A DNA stretch of 63,498 bases, filler included, from Atractiella rhizophila (taxonomy: Eukaryota): NCBI GenBank assembly GCA_021432655.1. It is 5 parts of 5 records of this genome, joined end to end, with 100 filler letters (N's around TTAATTAATTAA, not from the genome) between each part and the next. Parts side by side here need not be neighbours in the genome. Positions count along the whole stretch, not along the records: positions 1 to 28,107 come from MU271680.1; positions 28,208 to 58,825 come from MU271681.1; 3 more parts are not named here. One strand, given 5' to 3'. The translations under genes and the position numbers were made by a program. Below are positions 26,234 through 38,989 of the stretch, one piece after another (the stretch's first letter is position 1; every line of letters begins with the position of its first letter). The notes beneath the pieces were generated by a model. That model saw only the letters and a list, made by a program, of their open reading frames with translations, was not told the origin of the DNA and made no database searches.

Positions 26234-28107
26234 TCAAAGGTTTACGAAATCGTCAAAATTGACCTGGTCCGTCCCATTGCCTTCAGCAAGGCTCATCATC
26301 GCATCAACCGCTACCGATCCTTCAGCTCCTGTCCCATTCGAATCAATCGGCATCTCCTGCACCTGACCAGCATCCAATCCCGCAAAATCCTTCAGGAAGT
26401 CCTCAGCTCGGAGCCCATCGAGGTTGAGTGAGATCTCGTTCTCTCCCCCTCCTCCATCTGCCGCATTCGTTGCCTCAGAGAGCAGTTTCATGATCTCATC
26501 TTCGGTGTTCTGTGCAGGCTGTGGTGCAGCTTGGCCCTGGAGTTGGAGCTGGTAGGCTTCTTTGGTCCTGTCGCGTTGAGACTCGAGGGCTTTGCGTGAC
26601 AATTCAAGCCTTTGTTGTTCCTCTTGAAGACGGCCTGACTTCCTATCGGCGGAAATCCCAACATGTGAGCCTTCAGAAGCATATAGAAAGGAGGAACACA
26701 AACCTCGCAAGCTCTGCTCTCATCCTTCCCAGTTCGGTCCGCTCCGCTTCCACCTCCCTCTTCATGCTCTCCACCCTCCTCTTCTCATACTCCAACACCT
26801 GTTCAAACCTCTCAAAGTTCTTCACCTTCATCTCAAGCTTCGAAGTCAATCCTTCCACCACAGACAAAACCTTCTTCTGTAATGCCAGGTCCTCCTGAAG
26901 GAACAGACCGGACGCTTTCGTCGTCGCCGTCTTGAGAGACAAAAGAGCCAGGTCCTTGTTCGACTTTGTTTGGACTCCGTTGGAATGATCATCCGCGGTC
27001 CCATTCGTCATCGTAGCAGGCGGAGGCGAAGGTTTCGGAGGATGATCAGCCGGGTCTTCCTTTTCAGTGTCCATTTCGACATCATTGTCCTCCTTCTCTC
27101 CGTCCTTCTTTTCGCTTTCTTCTTCCTTCTTCTCTTCTTCCTTCCTTCGTTTCGTCAATCCATTCTTCAACCTCTCCATCACACCCTGTACCCCTCTTTG
27201 CTCCCCCGCTGCTAAAGCCGCCGTTTCCGGATCCACAAGTCCGGCGAGGAATGCGACCACAGAAAGGACCGGATTGTCCAGCTTGGTGAGAGGAGGGTGC
27301 TGAAAATCGGTAAGGAGGGACTTGGCGTCCTCCGGCGGTTGAAATGGCGCATTAATTGGGAGACGAAGGAAGTGAGCGAGGCATTGCGTCCTCGACCTGG
27401 TGCCCACATGTCGCGCAACATTATCCCATGCATCTGTATTAGGGTCCGTCGACGCATCCGCGTACATCTCGAGTGCCTCGAGGAGGCGTAACGTCTCTTC
27501 ATCCTTCCAATCGTCCTTAGAGTCGAAGTTGGCCAATGAGTCGGATGGGTCGGTGACTACTTTGATGAAGTCGCCATTGGATAGGTTCATGGGGAATCGA
27601 GCGGAGAGATAACATGAGTGACAGACTGTCGTCTCTTCTTCCGTTCCGGTCACAGTTTCATCTTCGTCCTTCCTTTTTCCTCCGATTGAACGATAACGCA
27701 CTCTTCCGCACTCCACACCACAGGAATCGCACTGGTAGACCAACTTCTCCTGTCCTCCTTCGAATTCTTCACCTTCGGCCTTCAAGACCTCCTTCGCCCC
27801 TTCTTTCGCCTCCTCCTCCGAGAGTTTGACGGCATCCTTCCCACCGCTCCGATGCTGGAAAATCGACTTGGTCAGCTCAAGCGTAGGAGTCGTCCCGATT
27901 GTTCGCGCAATCTCATCCGTTTTCTTTCCCGGTACGACCTGCGGAAGAGTGGGCTCAGCAGAGGTGCCTGGGTGAAGTAGTTGTGGCGCGAGACCGCGCG
28001 GTGTGTCGATGAGGACGCGGAAGTGGCCGGTGAAGGGAGGGACGAGGGTTGATGGTCGAGTTGACGGGTCGATCTACAAAAGCATGGGAATCAGCATTTC
28101 CCAAAAG
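26234..28107 (-). CDS. RSC8: SWI/SNF-RSC complex subunit, Swi3/Rsc8/Ssr2 family; 5' part lost at contig end
   Basis: IDPSTRPSTLVPPFTGHFRVLIDTPRGL; ZZ-like CDSCGVEC...CHSCY; SANT WKDEETLRLLEALEMY..WDNVARHVGTRSRTQCLAHFLRLPI; NPVLSVVAFLAGLVDP; coiled coil KLEMKVKNFERFE. Confidence 0.92.
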
Positions 28108-28207
28108 NNNNNNNNNNNNNNNNNNNNNNNNNNNNNNNNNNNNNNNNNNNNTTAATTAATTAANNNNNNNNNNNNNNNNNNNNNNNNNNNNNNNNNNNNN
28201 NNNNNNN
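28108..28207. other. Artificial contig linker (100 bp: N run, TTAATTAATTAA, N run)
   Basis: N runs flank a six-frame stop 12-mer; the same structure occurs four times in the window. Confidence 0.97.
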
Positions 28208-28254
28208 CCAAATGTGAAGCACAGGTTGGAAAGAGGTACGCCTTAACCTAAGTT

Positions 28255-31231
28255 GCTCCCATGATATGTCAAAGCTTCTAAGGCTCTTGCACATGCCGAG
28301 AGCGAACGAGTGAGTGCAGCGCGTAACGCCTTAAGTATGGCTAGGACCAGAGACAAGTGCTTCTGGACATCTGGAGGCTTCGTTTTACCGCCAAAGCTGA
28401 GACAATTCTTGTCAGGGGTACGTTAGGGCAGAATTATTAAATTATTCTAGTAGGACATAAGAAAGGTCGTAATTATTATCTATCGATACATCTCATCAAT
28501 GCCTCAACATTCGTCTACTGTTATTTTACAGTAAATTGATCACCAACAAGCGAAAATTTCTTTACACAATTGTAGTGTCTGCAAATAAGAGTGTACTGAC
28601 GCATGCCGCGGACCGTCAGGTCCCATATCACAGTATGAGTTCATGCGACTGATAGAATCATGTCAACGCTCTCGATCAGGACGGTGACATTAATTCCACG
28701 AGAGATATGAAGGAATGGACATCTCGATATCAACATCACATTACAATAATCTCATTCTTTTTCGCATCGCACAAACATCAACATCTTACACTTCATGCGT
28801 TTAGAGAGAGCTGAGGTTTTATAAATTTAACTCGGGTCATTTACAGAGTTAAATAGACGGCACTTCACAAATAGTGTAGCAATTGGTGGTCTACACAAGT
28901 TAACTCGATCAGATCAGTCTCAGTACAGGATCCAGATCGTTCTGTCATCCTCAATGATATCAAGCGACTAGGATCGATGGATGGAAGAACAAACAGGGTT
29001 CAAAAGAATCATACACATGAGTTGTCACTTTCATTTCTGGGTTCCTTTGTGAGGGAATAGTAGGCGACAACAACTTGGATCGAAATCGCTGCATTTCAAT
29101 GCGTCTGCATTAAATCATCATTAGCGAGTATGGTGGGGGAGGAAAGGAGAGGACAAGAATGGGAAGGCTCACTGGCTTGATTTTGAAATGTAAAGAGATG
29201 AGGGAGAAGACGAAGATCTAAAGATGGATATCTGAGGACAGCTGGACGGAAAAAGGGACAAGGAAAACGGACCTTGAGATCTTGTACAAGGTAGTAGAAC
29301 ACGCGTAGCCCATCTGGATCTTCGCTGTTGGTAACTTCTACCAGACTTCCAAGTTTGGCGGTCTATTCACCACAACAAACACAGCATCAGCACCCCCGAC
29401 CAAAATCAACCAAAAAAACATAGCCAAACCGGCAAGAAGGAGCAAAGAAGGACATACCTCAAAGCTAATATGATCGCCACCGACCCTAACCTCCAACTCC
29501 TGCTTTCCCACAATATTCTTCTTAGGCCATGAATTATCGTCTTCCTTTGTGATCTCGCTCTCCAACACTATTCTCTTCAGTTCCTCCACCGCCAGCGGAC
29601 TCAGGTAAAGCTCCTTCCGGATCAGGGAATCGTTTCGATAGTTGGAGTTGTTCGCATATCGAAGTCGACCCTTGGAGTACTCGAATTCGAGGAACTCGTG
29701 TCCGTGGCGACCTTGATGGCCGGTGCTGTTCGGCCGTTAGTTAGGACAGCTCCCATGATATGTCAAAGCTTCTAAGGCTCTTGCACATGCCGAGAGCGAA
29801 CGAGTGAGTGCAGCGCGTAACGCCTTAAGTATGGCTAGGACCAGAGACAAGTGCTTCTGGACATCTGGAGGCTTCGTTTTACCGCCAAAGCTGAGACAAT
29901 TCTTGTCAGGGGTACGTTAGGGCAGAATTATTAAATTATTCTAGTAGGACATAGAAAGGTCGTAATTATTATCTATCGATACATCTCATCAATGCCTCAA
30001 CATTCGTCTACTGTTATTTTACAGTAAATTGATCACCAACAAGCGAAAATTTCTTTACACAATTGTAGTGTCTGGTGTACTGACGCATGCCGCGGACCGT
30101 CAGGTCCCATATCACAGTATGAGTTCATGCGACTGATAGAATCATGTCAACGCTCTCGATCAGGACGGTGACATTAATTCCACGAGAGATATGAAGGAAT
30201 GGACATCTCGATATCAACATCACATTACAATAATCTCATTCTTTTTCGCATCGCAAAAACATCAACATCTTACACTTCATGCGTTTAGAGAGAGCTGAGG
30301 TTTTATAAATTTAACTCGGGTCATTTACAGAGTTAAATAGACGGCACTTCACAAATAGTGTAGCAATTGGTGGTCTACGCAAGTTAACTCGATCAGATCA
30401 GTCTCAGTACAGGATCCAGATCGTTCTGTCATCCTCAATGATATCAAGCGACTAGGATCGATGGATGGAAGAACAAACAGGGTTCAAAAGAATCATACAC
30501 ATGAGTTGTCACTTTCATTTCTGGGTTCCTTTGTGAGGGAATAGTAGGCGACAACAACTTGGATCGAAATCGCTGCATTTCAATGCGTCTGCATTAAATC
30601 ATCATTAGCGAGTATGGTGGGGGAGGAGAGGAGAGGAGATGAAGGAAACGCTCACTGGCTTGATTTTGAAATGTAAAGAGATGAGGGAGAAGACGAAGAT
30701 CTAAAGATGGATGTCTGAGGACAGCTGGACGGCAAAGAATAGAAGAAAACGGACCTTGAGATCTTGTACAAGGTAGTAGAACACGCGTAGCCCATCTGGA
30801 TCTTCGCTGTTGGTCACTTCTACCAGACTTCCAAGTTTGGCGGTCTATTCACCACAACAAACACAGCATCAGCACCCCCGACCAAAATCAACCAAAAAAA
30901 CATAGCCAAACCGGCAAGAAGGAGCAAAGAAGGACATACCTCAAAGCTAATATGATCGCCACCGACCCTAACCTCCAACTCCTGCTTTCCCACAATATTC
31001 TTCTTAGGCCATGAATTATCGTCTTCCTTTGTGATCTCGCTCTCCAACACTATTCTCTTCAGTTCCTCCACCGCCAGCGGACTCAGGTAAAGCTCCTTCC
31101 GGATCAGGGAATCGTTTCGATAGTTGGAGTTGTTCGCATATCGAAGTCGACCTTTGGAGTACTCGAATTCGAGGAACTCGTGTCCGTGGCGACCTTGATG
31201 GCCGGTGCTGTTCGGCCGTTAGTTAGGACAG
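28255..31231. repeat. Direct tandem duplication of about 1.49 kb (28255-29749 and 29749-31231) covering most of mago nashi and its 3' flank
   Basis: Near-identical units start GCTCCCATGATATGTCAAAGC and end GTTAGTTAGGACAG, with a few SNPs and small indels. Confidence 0.95.
29096..29749 (-). pseudogene. 5'-truncated mago nashi copy: lacks exon 1 but keeps branch point, acceptor and intact exons 2-5
   Basis: Encodes the same protein as the upstream copy from [16 protein letters not shown] to FKIKPTH*. The break lies inside intron 1. Confidence 0.75.
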
Positions 31232-31293
31232 TTGGCGTAAGTCATGGGGAAGACGTACTAGTAGCGTAGGTAGAAGGGGTCGTTGGATGCCAT
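30580..31293 (-). CDS. mago: Mago nashi, exon junction complex core protein
   Basis: Spliced product [50 protein letters not shown]...[13 protein letters not shown]...[10 protein letters not shown]...[30 protein letters not shown]. Confidence 0.96.
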
Positions 31294-31474
31294 GCTGGAT
31301 GAGATTTGGAGGACGAGTGGATTAGAGCGTGACTATGGAGCTCACTATGTATCATTGATCCTTACTTCATCCAGACTGCATCGGTTTCTGCTTAAGTCTA
31401 GCTAGAATCTAGCAGGATCTAGCGTTGCTGCCCATTGCTGTTGCTCTTATATACTACTTTGGTACTTCGTCACC

Positions 31475-34301
31475 ATGTCCCTCTCGCCCATACGTCCCTC
31501 CGAGCGCCTCTTCTCCCCTGTCCGCTGGGACTCAAACGATGTCTTCTCGTCCATCTTTGGTTACGGCTCTTTCGAGGCACAAGAACTGGAGAAAGGCTGG
31601 ATTGCGCTGCAAAGCGGCAGCATGACAGACAACCGTGGTTTGTCGTGTAATTATTGTTGCTGACTTTTGCAGACAAATGTTTGGTTGTTCTTTGAATAGG
31701 ATATGCGCTCCCAGATGTATACGTGAATTCAGATGCAAAAGCGAAGGGAGATCTCGTAAAGAAGAGTAACGAACACGAAAAATGCGTTGCAGAAATCAGT
31801 CTGTCCTTTCTCCTTTCTTAGCAAATGTAAATCCGCTTACCAACTCCCTCAACAGCAACAGCGACATCTTCCTCCCCTTCGCATCTGCAAGCACAAAACA
31901 TCACGCAGATACCTCCCAAACTCGCTTTTCGGATAACCAAGCGAAGCACCGACAAACCCTCATCGTCATCAGCCGTCGCAGCTAGCACGCTTGCAACAGC
32001 GTCATCTTTCTCTCAGTTGTCCAGCGAGCCATCAAGTAACACATCCGCAATAGACAGTGGAAGAGAAACCATCAGCAAGAACACGTCCGATCAGTCGATT
32101 GCAACCTCGATTGCCTGTCCGATTCTGGCTCCAGCATCATCTTCAATGTTAGCTACACCTTCTTCGGCTTTGGCTCAGGAGTTGAAAGTCGAAGGACGTG
32201 GGAGTGAGCAGTCGTATCGTTCTGTTCAGACCCACAACGAAGTCTCAATGGACACGGGGAACGACAGCGATCGGGAGAAAAACGGGGGACAGGACAGAGA
32301 TAAGGAGAAAGGAAAGAGGAAAGGGGAAAGGGGACGTTCGAGATCTCCCCCCGCCAACCGTGCTACGTCGTACACGAATTACGAAGTAAGGAGTGTGTCA
32401 AGAGGAAGGCGGAGGGACAGGTCTAATTCTTCGGAAAGCAGGAAAGAGAAAGAGAAGGGGAAAGTGTGGCACAAGGACGGAGAGAGGGAGACGGAGATGG
32501 GAGACGGAGAGATGCTTCCTCCTCCCCTACCCTTCCGCCCTCCGAAATCCAATGAACGCAAAGAAAGGGAAAACGAGAGGGATCGTCCCTCTCCTCTGTC
32601 GGGGTCAAGATCAACCGCGTCGGAATCACGATTAAGACGTCGATCAGCTTCTCCAGCGACCATCCGACGACCCATCTCTTTTTCGACAGACCTCCGGCGC
32701 TCCCCTGTTCCTTCCCGCCATCCTGACATCCCCTACGGAAGACGACCGTCCCCCGCTCCCACCGCACCAGTGACGCGGTCTGTTTCGTCCCAGAGGGATG
32801 GCGAACGCCGAGGGAGGGATTGGGATCGCTCGAGTCGAAGGAGCCCATCTGCTATCGACTTCATCGAAAGCACTCGGCGTATCGATCGCTCACGAGAAGG
32901 TGAAGGCCGGAAACAGCCCCAAGTGTTGAAGTTCCCTTACAACCTACCAGGAGACGAACGAACCACTATCCCGACACGCGATCCACGGCCGTATGGACGG
33001 CGGACGAGTCCAGCGAGGACCGTTCCCCCCAAATTGACAAAGGGGAGGAGGGGATCCGCTGCTTCCCCGCCGCCGTTGCGTGTTCATCAGGTAGTGGAAG
33101 GCAGGGGAGGAGGAGGAGGAGCCTGTCCCCCTTCGAGCGAAGGAGAGATGATGAGGATAGAGGGAGGGCTGTGGACATGGAAGAATATGATCCGTTGCGC
33201 CCCTCCACTTCTGCTTCGTCCTCTGCTTCTGGCCCAGGGTTTAGCAAGGATTTATTCTCGACTCCGGACCAGAATAGAGTGTCGTATAGCAGACGCCCCT
33301 CACCCCCGCGTACTGCACCTATTGCACCATCATCCTCTGTCCGACCGGCAGGATGGGAAGGGGCTCGCGGCAGAGCTTGGCCAGAGCGTGTAAGAGTGGA
33401 CGACTCGGAAACAAGTCTCGGAAGCCGCTTCTCGCCTCAATTTTCATCGACAGCGACTGCAAGCGCGGGAAAGGGGACCCTCCGCCCCATCACTTCGCCA
33501 GCCCAGGTGAACCAGCCACTTTCGCCGAGATCTTTGGACATCAACGAGTTGCTGGCAACTTATAGACCACCAAATGAGGATGAGGATGGACGCAACAATG
33601 GAGAAGGTAATCTTGACGGATCCATTGGAGGCGTGAAAATGGCTAGAGATGGGAGCCTAGTGTCGCGGATGAGCTTTCGTCCTTCGCTTTCCGTGGAAAA
33701 TGACGAACTTGGCCTCCAAAACATCCACGCCAAGTTTCCACGTTATGTCATCATGCCCTTCTCACTCCGACTTCCCAATGTGGACGACATTAGGCCTTCT
33801 ATATGGAACATCATGGATTACTTCTGTTGCGGCTACCGAATCTTCACCGCTAACGAATCCTTGCTCCATCTCTTTTCTTCTTCTCGAGGCGAGGCGCGCC
33901 GTCGACTATTTGGAGGAGACGGGAATTGGATTGATCCTGCTCGCTGGATACGGTTGAAGAAGGAGCACAGCGGACGACAGCTAGCCGAAGGGGACAAGAG
34001 AAGAAAACTTCCTCCGAAACCTTTACACTTTTGGATATCCCGAGACTTCAGCCGTTTGCAAGAGAGAACACAATTCATCATCTACGTCGGATATCAGAAT
34101 GAGATTGAAGCAGTCATTGCCGCCAAATTCTTTAGTTTCAAAGAGTTCTTTCAGCGCCGTGAGCACAGTCCGGGCTCGGTCAAATCGATGATGGGGGACG
34201 GGCGGGAGGTGGAGAGTTCTCAGAGCAGAGATAACTTCTGGAGGATCGAAACTGATATCAATGGACTTGTTTCTTTCGATTTACAGATTCCAGGTCACTG
34301 A
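31475..34301 (+). CDS. Hypothetical RS/P-rich protein with a globular-looking C-terminal part; may be two genes or frameshifted
   Basis: Small exons from ATG 31475, an RS-rich ORF 32017-33393 and an overlapping ORF 33171-34301 in another frame. Confidence 0.45.
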
Positions 34302-34788
34302 CCTGCCATTTTCAGTCTCAGCTTGTATCCCTGCCTTTTGACTTTCTTGAATATTGCTGTTACCCCAACTTGTATACGCTTGCAGCTTGTCAACCGAACA
34401 CAAACGTTCCACCGTCATTCGTAGCTGCTGGACGTAGTAAGCCTGGAACCAGCAGCCTCGTCGCGTTCTCAAACCGTTTTGCAGTGACGGCATTATCTGA
34501 GGAGGAATTGCAAGGTGATAATTAGACAGTGTACGTGCCATTGAAGGAAATAAGAAAAATAGATGAGATGCTCGAACGAGGGTACATATTGTTGATGGTT
34601 TCTAGATTCTGCATGCTGCCCGAACGCAAGTCAAACGACATCCATCAAATCTATTTTCTCATACGATAATCAGAGTTAATTCAAGCCGGTACCAGACAGT
34701 GAGAGAAGAGAGGCAGCAAAATGACATCTATAGAAGCGAATCCGGCGCTCAAGAGAGCCCTTTCCTAAGCAAGCAAGGTAGGAAAAAT

Positions 34789-37033
34789 TCAGCCATCTCC
34801 TCCCAGCCTGAGCATGGCTAGGTCTAGGATTTTGACCCACTCCTCCTCCTGTGCCTCCAACGCAACTCCATCCAGTTGCACTTCAAAAACGCCCATCGCC
34901 TCCTCTGTCCACTCTTCCGCGACCGCGAATCCCCTCACCCTCTCCGTCCAGCTCTCCCATTCCATTCCCCAGGCTTCATGAGGACTCTTGATTCCAACGC
35001 TGGAGGGGATGCGCGAGTGAATGAGATAGAGAGTGATGAGGGGCGGTGCCACATCGAACGCGCGGGCGAGGAGGTGGCAGGAGGCAGCGGAGGGCGCTTG
35101 AAGGAGAGAGCGGACAAGGGAAGGGTATTGAAAAGCCTTCACGAGCACCATAACTGCCGAGCAAACCAGCATTAGTCCATCTGTTGCATCGCAATGGTCA
35201 GGGATGAACTCACCAGCTTTCAAGGCTTCATAAGCCTCTTCCAATGCCTGCTTGGCAAGCGGTTGCTCCTCCTCTCCTTCCTCTTCATCCGGCTTCAAGC
35301 CTCTCATACCAGAGCAGATCCTGCATCCAAATTCAGGCGGACATCTTCCGTCATCCTTCTCCGGGTCCACGTCCTCCTCGAGATCGATGACCCCGTCGAC
35401 TAACTTCTTCACCACCTTCTCAACCAAACCCATCTCCCATCCCAATCTTTCCGCCGCCTCCTTCTCCCTCTCTTTCCCCGGAGGACTCGGGGCTCTTCCG
35501 TTCCCGAGAGAAGCAGATGAGGCGACAGCGCCCCCGCGACCGAAGATAGCACGACCAGCAATACGACCACCGAAGCCAACACGCTCTTCCTTTTCCTTCT
35601 TCCCCTCCAGCTCCTGCATCTTTCCTGCAGAAGCGATCGACCGCGCAGACCAGGAAAGCATACTCTTCCAGATACACGCAGTCGCAAGCCCTACGATCCA
35701 TTTCTCCACCGCTTCGTTCTTCACTCCTGTTCCGCCACCGAACCGATGGACGAGGAAGGACTTCGCCCCGCCCAAGATTTGAGCCAACTCCTTGACGTAA
35801 GTAGGTGAGTTGTTGGGCAGTGAGCAAGTTTGGTTTTGGTTTTGGTTTTGAAACACATTCGGAGCAGGGGAGAGAGAACGAGGAGATGCATGTCCACTGC
35901 CGTACCCATGGCTTTGGACAAGTTCTCGGTCCTCGATCCTTGCGCTATTGCAAACGACTCCAATCTTTTTCTTCACTCCGTCCACGACGGGTAACATAAC
36001 TCGATTGACTATTTCCTCGAACTTCACCTTCCATCCCTCCAATGCACTGACAGTACCATCCGTTCCAGCGATCTTCCGTCTCTTGATTTCACCAACGACA
36101 CGACACAGCGCATCTGCGACGGCCCAAGCAGCAGCTGCAACGTCCAGTGCTGCCTTTTGAGGTGCAGGCAGAGCATCCGGGGACATTACCTTCGGGGCGA
36201 CGGGAAGAGACAGAGGAAGGCTCAATAATGGAAGGAGGAGCGCCGAAAGGCGGGACAGTAGCACGGAGAGCGTGCGAGAGACAGCGGAGCGGAGGAGAGA
36301 GCGGAGGAGGTAGTGGTCTGGCAGAGAGCCGGTCAAGGCGCTGTTGTGCAACAAGTCAGCATGAAAGTGTCTCAAACAGTGTGCGCGATAACCGATGACA
36401 TAACCCCGGAAAACTTGTGCGCAGCAGTCAAATGTCAACATCGCCATGGCGATTCCATCGAGTTTTCACCACATCTGAATATCTCACTACGAACAATAAT
36501 CAAGGGGAAGATATTCCAACCTTCTGGTTGACATGCCGGTTCACTACGCTTGAAGTCATACTTGCCAAGAAACGCAAGTCTGATTTGAAAGCCAAATCGC
36601 TCGCTACCGTTAACCAACAAAGAAACGAAACTCACCTCTCGACCGTGGCGGCGAACTCTTTCGCTCGCTCCCTTTCCACTGCTCCTCCCCTCCCAAAAAT
36701 CTTATTTCCCTTCTCCGCCAGCTCCAGTGCGACCTTCTCGACATAGCTCTGTCCCACTAGTCCAATGCCGGACAGTACAGGAGTCCCAGGAATGGAACCG
36801 TTGACCGGAGAAGAGGGTGCAGTGTGTGCAGCGCCAGAAGAATTAACTCCGGCGTGGAGCGTGGAATTGGAGCGCTCAGAAGTCGAGCGACGGCCGAGTG
36901 TGGTGAGTGTGGAGAGGAGGGAGCTGCCGGATGAACCGGAGGAAGTCGGTGTTAGAGGTGTTGGAGCAGCAGACGAGGAAGACGGAGGAGACGAGCGGAA
37001 AATCTTCTTGGCTGCAGATGATGGGTTCGACAT
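34789..37033 (-). CDS. Hypothetical helical protein with a Ser-rich N-terminus
   Basis: ORF 36632-37033 ends at a GTGAGT donor and can splice to an acceptor near 36350 into the 552-aa ORF. Confidence 0.7.
35828..35850. repeat. (TTTTGG)n microsatellite encoding a Gln-Asn repeat
   Basis: TTTGGTTTTGGTTTTGGTTTTGA reads as QNQNQNQ on the minus strand. Confidence 0.8.
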
Positions 37034-37629
37034 GTCTTATTCTATCGTTCTATTCGTTCTATTCTATTCCTTTGTCCTGGATTCGATGGTGACGACGTAA
37101 AATGTAAAGGGATGTGGCGGATCCTCAACTCCTGACAGTTTCGTGCAGGAGCGAGTTGAGACGGGTGTTGAAAATTTCGCAAATTAGGGTGGCTGGTCGA
37201 GATCGGTTACGACCGAGAGTTTTATTTGAACGATTATCGAGGCGCCAGTGCGGACTCCACTTCTACACCATTCCCAGAATCGTCATGAGCTGAAAATTCT
37301 ACCTCCATAACAACGAAAACTTGGACAATGGGACAAACCTGAACAATTTTTGGTTTCGTATGGAGGGGTCTATCATCCGTTCGCTTTCTTGTAAAAAATG
37401 CAGATATCTGAATCCCAGATGGGAATTAGAGCAGCTCTCAGCTTTTTTAAGAGAACCTGGTGGTTGAATCACGACTTCGACCCAACTCACCAACCTTATC
37501 GCCTTTCACCCACACATCCGACCGGCTCAAAGTGGCTACACTATTTTCCTGCGCATTTTTGGCAGATCCTTCAGCGTCTTTTAGCAGCACAGCTCATAGG
37601 TAGGTCGAGAAATAAAGAGGAGGAACATC

Positions 37630-38213
37630 ATGTCGTACAACAAGGAAAAAGACCTTTCTTCAGACCTCCCTCCCGCCAAATCCCACAAGATCCGAATCAC
37701 CCTCACCTCCAAGAACCTCAAGGCAGTTGAGACAGGTGTGTTATCCTCTTTCTCTTTCGCTGGCAGGGGCTGGAGAGTGATGTTGCAATGTAGTATGCTC
37801 CCGGCTGTTGGAGTCAGCGAAGAAGCAGGGCGTCCTTCAGGTCAAAGGACCGGTGAGGATGCCGACGAAGGTATTGAAGATCACAACGAGGAAGACTGTG
37901 TGTAACCCTCTTCGTTTCATGCAATCTAGAGAGCTAAAAAGATTGCCGGAATAGCCTTGTGGTGAGGGATCGAAGACATGGGACCGCTATGAGCTCAAGA
38001 TTTACAAACGTTTCATCGACCTCAACTCGCCTGCAGAGACAGTTAAGCAGATTGTTCGTCATTTCATCCTCCTCTCTTTCGCCACGTCCAACCTTCCATC
38101 CTTCCCCATCTCTCGTTCTATTCCTCGCAATACTGATACCAATGCGCGTTGCGGGACAGACCAAGATGGACATCGAACCTGGAGTCGAGGTCGAGGTCAC
38201 TATTGCTGCCTAG
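37630..38213 (+). CDS. RPS20: 40S ribosomal protein S20 (uS10)
   Basis: [58 protein letters not shown] and [13 protein letters not shown] across three introns. Confidence 0.97.
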
Positions 38214-38989
38214 AGGCTGTCAAGTGGTTGCATGTAGGAGCAGGATTTATGCATTATGTCAGTATGCAAAAATGGGTTACTTTTCCCTATCTGGTGGGGA
38301 GTTGTCAGATCAGGTATTCCATGTCGTGCTGGACGGGAGGCTGGCGACAAGTCTGTATGAAAACGTGTTTCGCATCGATTTATTGTCGTAAATTGACTGT
38401 GAGGACGAGTAGCGTATGAAAACGCCTAACTCATCTTCCCCGCTAGCGGATGATTTCTAATGTACAGATATGTTCAGGAAACTCATTCAGTAGGAAACTC
38501 ATTCAGTCTGGATTCTTGAGGCAGATTAGATATTCTCCAACATCACGGCTGGAATTGTGGGGAGGCGCTAATGTGTTCATTAGCTGATCAGCGATATGGC
38601 CAATCATGGTCATTTTAGCCGTCTAACTCTGCAGGTGGACTGCAAGTCAACCTATTGATCCCGTTCCTGCCTGATTGTGCGTATACCAGCTCCCTCCCGT
38701 TATTCTTAACCTGCGCAACCGGGGAGGATTTGAGATCTTCAAAGTAAACAGATTGCCGTAGTACGTCGCAACAAACGCCGTTCCAACTGTATACGCCCCA
38801 TTTCTAGTCACCGCAGTGTTGTTGCTCTCTCCCACACCTCAACCAGCGTGAATCAAAGTTTCCAACGGAGAAGGCGGCGCGATCTGCCATCCTGATTGGA
38901 CATGAACTGCGCAAAGGTACTACGGACTGCAGGTCCTGCTTTTGAATAAAACACACAGTCGTCCCCTTGCTATCAGGCCTCGAAGAGAA

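Noticed and set aside
28108..28207. TTAATTAATTAA palindromic motif repeated four times (also near 58870, 61071 and 62372)
   Set aside because: It sits in fixed 100-bp N spacers and is an artificial six-frame stop linker. Gene adjacency across these points is not evidence of linkage.
38476..38507. 16-bp tandem repeat AGGAAACTCATTCAGT x2; similar short repeats at 20580-20600
   Set aside because: Isolated slippage-type duplications with no further structure.
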